In this document: piece by piece, positions 58,211 to 64,000 of the stretch
How the letters are laid out: each line of letters opens with the position of its first letter
Position numbering within the stretch: position 1 is the first letter of the stretch
Assembly (NCBI GenBank): GCA_049519175.1
Contig: JBEKQZ010000001.1
Span: 399,679 to 463,678 of the forward strand
Origin: Candidatus Levyibacteriota bacterium
GTDB lineage: Bacteria; Patescibacteriota; Microgenomatia; Levybacterales; UBA12049
Reading direction: 5' to 3'
Length of the DNA: 64,000 nt
Program-made: the position numbers and the translations under genes
Notes under the pieces: generated by a model
What the model was told of the DNA's origin: nothing
Database searches by the model: none
What the model saw: only the letters and a program-made list of their open reading frames with translations

Positions 58211-58258
58211 GGTGCATGTGCTATAAAAAGCGTGGAGGTTCGAGTCCTCTTATCCGCA
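58175..58258 (+). tRNA. tRNA-Leu(GAG), class II
   Basis: GCGGATATGCTGGAACTGGTAGACAG; anticodon stem-loop catgc-ttGAGgt-gcatg; variable arm; GAGGTTCGAGTCCTC. Confidence 0.75.
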
Positions 58259-58396
58259 CAAGACCGGATATCCTCGTTGTCAAATTTCCAGAACTTGATA
58301 CACTTTAGCCAGCTTACTGAAATAGACAGGTAGGGTTCAAAACGAAATTGGTCTTTTCAAGAGTGGTATAATAGTGCTATAAACAATTTTTGAAAT

Positions 58397-59173
58397 ATGG
58401 ATATCCTAACTACAATAATAATATTTATAATTGTTGTACTGATAGTTTTATTTTTCTTGAGCGTTAGAATCGTTCAGGAATATGACAGGGGAGTAATTTT
58501 CCGCCTGGGAAGATACACGGGAGTCAGAGGACCTGGACTCATTCTTCTAATTCCTCTAATTGAAACTATGATTAAGGTTACACTTCGAACCATCACCATG
58601 GCAATTCCTTCGCAAAAAATAATCACAAAAGATAATGTTTCGATAGACATTGCTGCCGTTGCCTATTATCATATTGTGGATCCGAAAAAATCCGTAATTG
58701 CGGTTGAAAACGTTTACGAAGCGGTAAACCAAATCAGCCAGACAACGGTCCGAAACGTAGTTGGACAATTCGTTTTGGACCAACTTTTGTCGAAGACAGC
58801 CGATATCAATACCAAAATAAAAAATGTTATTGACGCCCACACCGAACCATGGGGTGTTAAAGTAACGGCAGTGGAAATAAAAGACATCACTCTTCCGGAT
58901 AATATGCAAAGAGCCATGGCTAAAGAAGCGGAAGCTGAAAGAGAGAGGAGAGCAAAAATTGTGGCAGCAGAAGGAGAATTCCAGGCAGCGCAAAAACTTG
59001 GTCAGGCAGCGGAATTAATTGCAAAACACCCTGTTGCGCTTCAGCTTAGAACCCTGCAAACAATGGCTGAAATCGCCACCGAGAAAAATTCTACCATTAT
59101 TTTTCCGGCGCAGTTTATGACCACTGTTCAAGAAGCAATCAAAACAATCGGTAAAGACCTCATAAGCAAATAG
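58397..59173 (+). CDS. SPFH/band-7 (stomatin/slipin-like) membrane protein
   Basis: N-terminal TM; '[15 protein letters not shown]'; band-7 core; C-terminal 'AEAEAER' coiled-coil. Confidence 0.8.
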   Translation: MDILTTIIIFIIVVLIVLFFLSVRIVQEYDRGVIFRLGRYTGVRGPGLILLIPLIETMIKVTLRTITMAIPSQKIITKDNVSIDIAAVAYYHIVDPKKSVIAVENVYEAVNQISQTTVRNVVGQFVLDQLLSKTADINTKIKNVIDAHTEPWGVKVTAVEIKDITLPDNMQRAMAKEAEAERERRAKIVAAEGEFQAAQKLGQAAELIAKHPVALQLRTLQTMAEIATEKNSTIIFPAQFMTTVQEAIKTIGKDLISK

Positions 59174-59280
59174 CTCTGTCTTAATAAGTCCGAAGCGATA
59201 AAACTCCTCCTTTTAATAAAGAAAAAAGAATTATTGTTTGATTACAAACTCAAATTCATTTATAATTTGAAATGCGGTTC

Positions 59281-59352
59281 GGGCACTTAGCTCAGTGGTA
59301 GAGCGCTGCGTTTACATCGCAGATGTCAGGGGTTCAAGTCCCTTAGTGCCCA
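59281..59352 (+). tRNA. tRNA-Val(TAC)
   Basis: GGGCACTTAGCTCAGTGGTAGAGC; anticodon loop 'ttTACat'; GGTTCAAGTCC. Confidence 0.85.
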
Positions 59353-59507
59353 CAGAACTTCTGGATTTCAGTTTGATATAATTTTTTGGATGGCTCCCTT
59401 AATAATCTAGGTTGACCTAGAGCATCCTTAATTAAGGCATAAAGGGGGCGAAACCTTAATCGTTTTATTTACTTTTGAACGTAAAATTGCTATTATCTGA
59501 TAACCTT

Positions 59508-59580
59508 GCTGAGGTAGCCAAGGTGGTCAAGGCACCTGTCTGAAGAACAGGCTATGTCAGTTCGACTCTGACCCTCAGCA
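59508..59580 (+). tRNA. tRNA-Phe(GAA)
   Basis: GCTGAGGTAGCCAAGGTGGTCAAGGC; anticodon loop 'ctGAAga'; GTCAGTTCGACTCTGAC. Confidence 0.85.
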
Positions 59581-59605
59581 CAATAACTTAATTGTATATC
59601 TAGAA

Positions 59606-59650
59606 GCGGGCGTAGTTCACCGGTAGAACGTCTCCTTGCCAAGGAGAGGA
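59606..59650 (+). pseudogene. Truncated tRNA-Gly(GCC) 5' fragment (acceptor, D-arm and anticodon arm only)
   Basis: GCGGGCGTAGTTCACCGGTAGAACGTCTCCTTGCCAAGGAGAGG, about 85% identical to the 5' 45 nt of the downstream tRNA-Gly; no T-arm. Confidence 0.55.
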
Positions 59651-59689
59651 AAGCGGACTGGATGAACTACTTTCGTTAGAAACAAATTC

Positions 59690-59761
59690 GCGGGTGTAGT
59701 TCAGTGGTAGAATGCTTCCTTGCCAAGGAAGAGGTCAGCGGTTCGAACCCGCCCACCCGCT
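59690..59761 (+). tRNA. tRNA-Gly(GCC)
   Basis: GCGGGTGTAGTTCAGTGGTAGAATGCTTCCTTGCCAAGGAAG; GGTTCGAACCCGCC. Confidence 0.85.
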
Positions 59762-59863
59762 CAAATAAATGAGTGTTAATAAATAATACTTACGTGTTCC
59801 GACATATTCGGACAATGCAATACAAGGTTTCTTGTGCGTAAGAACTCAAAAGGATGAGTTCTT

Positions 59864-60874
59864 ATGTTACAGGGGAAAAAATTAGAAATAGCGTACCACG
59901 ATTATATTGTCAATTATTCTGCTGAAGCAAATTTAGCTCCTAGTACAGTGGCTAATAAGAATGATGTCCTCAAACGATTGATTGCTTTTCTTGATGGTCG
60001 ACCGTTTAATCTTAATACGTGCCGAGAGTTTATTGCCTATATGTGTAGCCACGGGCGGAAAGCTCCAAATAGCCGCATGGATCTAGTACGGGTTTTAAGA
60101 GCTTTCGTTAATTTTCTTAATAATAATGACTACACAAAAGACAATTTTGCTCACCAGATAGTAAAGCCAAAAATACCCAAAAGAGAATTTGATTATATCG
60201 ATCCTGAAATTGTTGAAAAGATTATTTTAGCGGGAACAGAATATGGTGTAATGGATAATTCAAGGAATCGTGCAATAAAAGATGAAATGCGGGCAGGTTT
60301 ACGATTCATTCTTCGAACAGGGCTGAGGATAAACGAGCTTATTACGCTTAAAGGTAGCGACTTGAACATTTATGATAATCCCCCCACCTTTTGGGTATTA
60401 AGCAAAGGCGGCAACCGTGAACTTCTTCCCCTGCCCAAAGATATGCTTGAAGAGTTAAAAAAGCGTCTAAACTATGACAGACTTTTCAGTGTTACCAGAG
60501 AGACATGTAATTTTGTGCTTAAAAGAGGAGCAAGGAAATTAGGGATAACAACAAAGCTGACAAATCATAGCTTAAGGCATATTTTCGCCTCCAACCTTGT
60601 TAAAAACGGTGTTCCTATCCAAATGGTATCCCGCCTCATGCGTCATAGCAGTGTTGACATTACGGATAAAACGTATACGCATCTTAACGTTAATGATCTA
60701 GCCTTAGTATTGAACAGCAAACAAAAAATTATCGTAGGTGGACTGACTGTTGATGAAGTATTTGATAACGTAGAGAGTGCAATTCTTCAGACTGGCATAA
60801 AGGAAGATAAACGTTTTGCGCTGGATATAAAAGTTGAAAACAATATGTTGCAAATAAAAGTGCAAGTCCAGTGA
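59864..60874 (+). CDS. Tyrosine-type site-specific integrase/recombinase
   Basis: C-terminal 'HSLRHIFASNL...RLMRHSSVDITDKTYTHL' (R…HxxR…Y catalytic tetrad). Confidence 0.85.
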   Translation: MLQGKKLEIAYHDYIVNYSAEANLAPSTVANKNDVLKRLIAFLDGRPFNLNTCREFIAYMCSHGRKAPNSRMDLVRVLRAFVNFLNNNDYTKDNFAHQIVKPKIPKREFDYIDPEIVEKIILAGTEYGVMDNSRNRAIKDEMRAGLRFILRTGLRINELITLKGSDLNIYDNPPTFWVLSKGGNRELLPLPKDMLEELKKRLNYDRLFSVTRETCNFVLKRGARKLGITTKLTNHSLRHIFASNLVKNGVPIQMVSRLMRHSSVDITDKTYTHLNVNDLALVLNSKQKIIVGGLTVDEVFDNVESAILQTGIKEDKRFALDIKVENNMLQIKVQVQ

Positions 60875-60927
60875 GGAATGTTATTTGTGTCATTTGATTT
60901 TGTTTACTGAGAAAGTTAACAATAATA

Positions 60928-61347
60928 TTATCTTTTCCCCAATCGTTTCCTGCGGTTTGCTTGTTGTATTCTATTACATGCTTTACAATATCTTGTCCCT
61001 TTCTTAAATCTAAGATTTTCTTTATCATATTGATGTCCTCGTGGACAAAATTTTAATAGAACTCCATGTAGTCCTCGTTTCTGATTCTCTTTTGGCGTCA
61101 CTGCTTCAAGATGGTTTGGATTGACACATCTCCTATTTCTACATAAATGGTCAATCTCAAGATTCTCACTAACTTTTCCGTATACGTATTCATATAAAAC
61201 TCTATGTGCCTGTCTTGTTTTATCTTCAAAATAAAACGCCCCATAACCTCTACCAGTTATTCCTCCAATCCAATTCCAACATCTATCAGTCTTCTCGACT
61301 TTCCTCCAGAATCTAGTTAGCCAATCCTCCGTTTTTTTAAATGTCAT
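60928..61347 (-). CDS. HNH endonuclease
   Basis: 'EIDHLCRNRRCVNPNHLEAVTPKENQ' HNH motif; 'CPRGHQY...CKAC' zinc binding. Confidence 0.7.
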   Translation of the reverse strand: MTFKKTEDWLTRFWRKVEKTDRCWNWIGGITGRGYGAFYFEDKTRQAHRVLYEYVYGKVSENLEIDHLCRNRRCVNPNHLEAVTPKENQKRGLHGVLLKFCPRGHQYDKENLRFKKGTRYCKACNRIQQANRRKRLGKR

Positions 61348-61456
61348 AGTTATTTGGTCTAATATATCTAGTATGTATAATATAAATCTATTGCCAAATC
61401 AAGTTTTACATACTTTTACTTGATAATTTTGAGCTCTCTTAGTATGAAGTTTTAGC

Positions 61457-61807
61457 TTAAACAAACCAGTATTTTTTACTGTACTTCTTTGTCATTCCCC
61501 CATACCATTGCACTCGTTCATTAAACATTCCATGTCTGATTAAATCTTCTCGTTTAACACTACTAAAGTTTTCTACAAAGCCTTTAGCTACTCCATCTTT
61601 CTCTCCCCATATCCAAGCTTTTGGTCTGGAATAAGTTGCAAAGATATTGATTGCATTTTTTGCTAGTCTTAGTCTGTCATCACAGAATACCAAAATTTGA
61701 CCGTCTGCTTCGATTACAGCCCTGTTTCTAGCTTGAGCCAATGAATATGTCCCTTTTCTATCAAAATAAATATATTTAATTGACACATCTGTCTTGAAAA
61801 AGAACAT
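61457..61807 (-). pseudogene. Fragment of a family-2 glycosyltransferase (C-terminal portion only)
   Basis: 'SLAQARNRAVIEADGQILVFCDDRL' resembles the GT2 A..N.A…A.G..L.F.DDD region but only 116 aa remain. Confidence 0.35.
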
Positions 61808-61861
61808 TTCTCATAATAGAGAAAGGTGTTTTTTGTTCACCTTGAGGCTTATCTTCAAATC

Positions 61862-62161
61862 TTAAATAGCTTTGTGTTTTATCATGAAATCCTGGAGAGG
61901 TTTATAAGGTATTCTTTTCAACTTTCCAAAATTGGTATCAAGCTCATAATCTGTTTCTAAAAGCTTTTCTCCTCGTTTCACTTTCCCTCTTGCTTTGTTT
62001 GTAATTACTTTGGGAGTTCCATCTGCCCAAATTCCTCCAGCGTTTTTCAATCTATTGTCACGTGCTTCGATACAGTCTATCATTGGAAATAAATCGAAAT
62101 CTACTATTACAGGATGGCATTCGCCTTCAAATACCTCTATTCTTACTGCTGCCACGAGCAA
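61862..62161 (-). CDS. Hypothetical protein (99 aa)
   Basis: ORF only. Confidence 0.3.
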   Translation of the reverse strand: MLVAAVRIEVFEGECHPVIVDFDLFPMIDCIEARDNRLKNAGGIWADGTPKVITNKARGKVKRGEKLLETDYELDTNFGKLKRIPYKPLQDFMIKHKAI

Positions 62162-62168
62162 TATGTCT

Positions 62169-62585
62169 TTAATCAGGTTGGATATTGCTTATTGTGATAT
62201 TTCCTTTAATTCTTGCAGATTGCTCCCTTTTTGTCGGAGGTCTTTTAAGATTGAGCTCCGCATTATCAACAAATAATCCCTTTAACTCTACTCTTTTCCC
62301 TGATTTATGAAGATAATCTGGATAAGTTTCTCTTTGTCCAATAGCTCCAACATATTTTGAGAGACCTAATGATGTTACCTTTTTTTTATTCTCTTCATCC
62401 GTTAACAATAACTCCATTTGAGGTAAAGCAGCATCAAGAATGGTGTTCGTAATTACAGCAATCTGACTAGGTTCAAAGCCAGGAAGTGCGTTTAGTGGTA
62501 TTGAAAGCCATGAAATTTTCAATCCGATAAGAGGCTTAAACTCATTTTTTAGGTCCTTGAGGTCGTTTTGAGTTAATCTCTTCAT
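62169..62585 (-). CDS. HsdS-like C-terminal portion (second target-recognition segment plus conserved tail); probably the downstream half of a frame-split specificity gene
   Basis: 'LNLKRPPTKREQSARIKGNI' resembles the HsdS conserved 'lP.PPl.EQ..Ia' repeat; overlaps ORF 62542..63225 by 44 nt in another frame. Confidence 0.35.
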   Translation of the reverse strand: MKRLTQNDLKDLKNEFKPLIGLKISWLSIPLNALPGFEPSQIAVITNTILDAALPQMELLLTDEENKKKVTSLGLSKYVGAIGQRETYPDYLHKSGKRVELKGLFVDNAELNLKRPPTKREQSARIKGNITISNIQPD

Positions 62586-63225
62586 TTTGCAATATTTGCT
62601 TGTATCTGATAAGAATTTCGTCGGTTCTAGTATACTGCATCCATTCCTGTTTTGCCACAGCAGAGAGTTTTTTATCTATCTCTTTTCTTACGATAAGGTC
62701 CGGAACAGAAACCGGAATTTTTGCTAACATTTCTGCACTGAGCCGTGGTCTTGTTCCCCCACCGCCAAGAGGTAACTTTTTTAAGAATAGTTCTGATTTA
62801 AGATAAAACCACCAAAAGTAAACTAATTCATCTTTTGGCAATATCTGAAGAAACTCAGATTTTGTCGGAAACACAAGCTCTTTTTTCTTTAACCATTTAC
62901 TTTTCGGAGTAACTATTACATTCCCAAGGTAAGCTCTCATAGTTCCGAAAAGCAAGCTATTTTCTGGAGCTGAAGTATAACTTTTTGGGATGTTATCTTT
63001 ATCTTCTTGAGCCTTAAAGACAAAAGACCAATCTTTCGTTATGTTTCTATATTCTATAGGAGTAAGAAAGTAATTTTTTTTAACACTTTTTAGCCTTGTA
63101 ATTTTAACAAGTTTACCTAAATTTTCTATTTCTTTAGAATGTTCATAAAAATAAGGGTCCCAAACTCCCATTATATAAATTTCAGGTTCGATTATTGATA
63201 AAAAACTTATATTATTTTTGACCAT
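62542..63225 (-). CDS. Restriction-modification specificity (S) subunit-like protein, TRD1 plus central conserved region
   Basis: 'LAKIPVSVPDLIVRKEIDKKLSAV' matches the HsdS central conserved repeat (iPlPpl.eQ..I…L). Confidence 0.5.
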   Translation of the reverse strand: MVKNNISFLSIIEPEIYIMGVWDPYFYEHSKEIENLGKLVKITRLKSVKKNYFLTPIEYRNITKDWSFVFKAQEDKDNIPKSYTSAPENSLLFGTMRAYLGNVIVTPKSKWLKKKELVFPTKSEFLQILPKDELVYFWWFYLKSELFLKKLPLGGGGTRPRLSAEMLAKIPVSVPDLIVRKEIDKKLSAVAKQEWMQYTRTDEILIRYKQILQNEEINSKRPQGPKK

Positions 63226-63937
63226 AACTTTGGAAAATTTTCTTTACTTCTTGATTACTAGCTATCTCACTCAAGAAGTCTTCTTCAAAAGATTTCATTC
63301 TTGAATTTAACTGTATGCCAACAGTCGATGCATAACAAAAAAAATGTTTATCGAGGTTATCTCCCCTTTTCTTTTTAAGAAAGATAATATCAGCACGTGT
63401 TGTTGTATTGGCAGTTAAATGGAAAATACCTTCAGGTAATCCTATTACTCCTAACAAATCGCCTATTTTCTCAACTTCAATTCTGAACCTTCTAAAATCG
63501 TTGTTTGTTATCAAGGAATGTGGTAAGAGACATACCAAAATTCCCCCCGGTTTTAACAGATTTAAACAAACATCTATGAATAAGGCGTCACTATTCCTAT
63601 AGCCTAATTTAAATAAAGCACTTTCATTCTTTATAGTTTCAATTTTCAAGGAAAATGGTGGATTAGCTAATATATAATCGATTTTCCCATAGTACTTTTC
63701 AAATAAATGGTCTGGTTGAAAAATGTTACTATTTATATAGGATTTCTTTTGGGTTTTAGGAGTTGAGAGAGCTAATACTACACGAGAGAGGTCAACTAAA
63801 GATTTATCAATGTCATTTCCTATTAGTTGACATGACGTGTTTCCCCATCTCAAAGACGCTTCATGAAGAAAAGTTCCGCCACCACAAGTTGGGTCCATAA
63901 TTTTGGCATTATTTTTTATCGGAAGTAATGATGCCAT
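63212..63937 (-). CDS. N6-adenine DNA methyltransferase (M subunit of an M+S type R-M system); N-terminus may extend beyond the first Met or the window
   Basis: 'DPTCGGGTFL' motif I; 'ILANPPFSL' motif IV (NPPF); gamma-class order. Confidence 0.75.
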   Translation of the reverse strand: MASLLPIKNNAKIMDPTCGGGTFLHEASLRWGNTSCQLIGNDIDKSLVDLSRVVLALSTPKTQKKSYINSNIFQPDHLFEKYYGKIDYILANPPFSLKIETIKNESALFKLGYRNSDALFIDVCLNLLKPGGILVCLLPHSLITNNDFRRFRIEVEKIGDLLGVIGLPEGIFHLTANTTTRADIIFLKKKRGDNLDKHFFCYASTVGIQLNSRMKSFEEDFLSEIASNQEVKKIFQSYGQK

Positions 63938-64000
63938 TACTCTCGCAATCTTTTGGGGAGTAAAAAACTTCCCCGAATTTGACCTAAATTTGATGCTTAA

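Larger units (their letters stand above)
59762..64000. mobile_element. Tyrosine-integrase island inserted beside tRNA-Gly; extends beyond the window end
   Basis: Integrase ~100 nt after the tRNA-Gly 3' end, then HNH, a gene fragment and an R-M module. Confidence 0.5.

Overview
This 64-kb window looks like it comes from a low-GC, compact, CPR/Patescibacteria-like bacterium (standard genetic code; TGA is used as a stop). Genes are tightly packed and weak Shine-Dalgarno sites are common. Housekeeping genes (obg, uvrA, uvrC, secG, rnhB, dinB, typA, rarA, nadD, nadE, a MacAB-like ABC exporter, a DacA-like carboxypeptidase, an SPFH protein) are interleaved with 17 tRNA genes and at least three accessory/mobile regions. 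(1) About 3.4-6.4 kb: an AT-rich cassette between the obg terminator and a tRNA-Glu/tRNA-Lys pair, encoding a small PLD/HKD-family nuclease, a 367-aa hypothetical and a SAM-methyltransferase-like protein. (2) About 38.4-52 kb: a phage-like island that begins next to tRNA-Gln with a large serine recombinase. It carries two DNA methyltransferases (one ParB-fused), terminase large and small subunits, an HNH endonuclease, and an 845-aa protein with an N-terminal GHKL/Bergerat ATPase signature co-transcribed with a small basic protein. I consider this last pair the most interesting candidate for an undescribed defence or restriction-like module. (3) About 59.8-64 kb: a tyrosine-integrase island beside tRNA-Gly that carries an HNH endonuclease and an M+S type restriction-modification module whose hsdS-like gene is split across two frames. 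Two LAGLIDADG-type homing-endonuclease ORFs each end inside a tRNA gene (tRNA-Gln and tRNA-Leu). A diverged direct repeat containing a pseudo-tRNA 3' fragment flanks a single metallophosphoesterase gene next to tRNA-His. I found no rRNA genes and no CRISPR array. All calls rest on motif recognition by eye; no searches were run.
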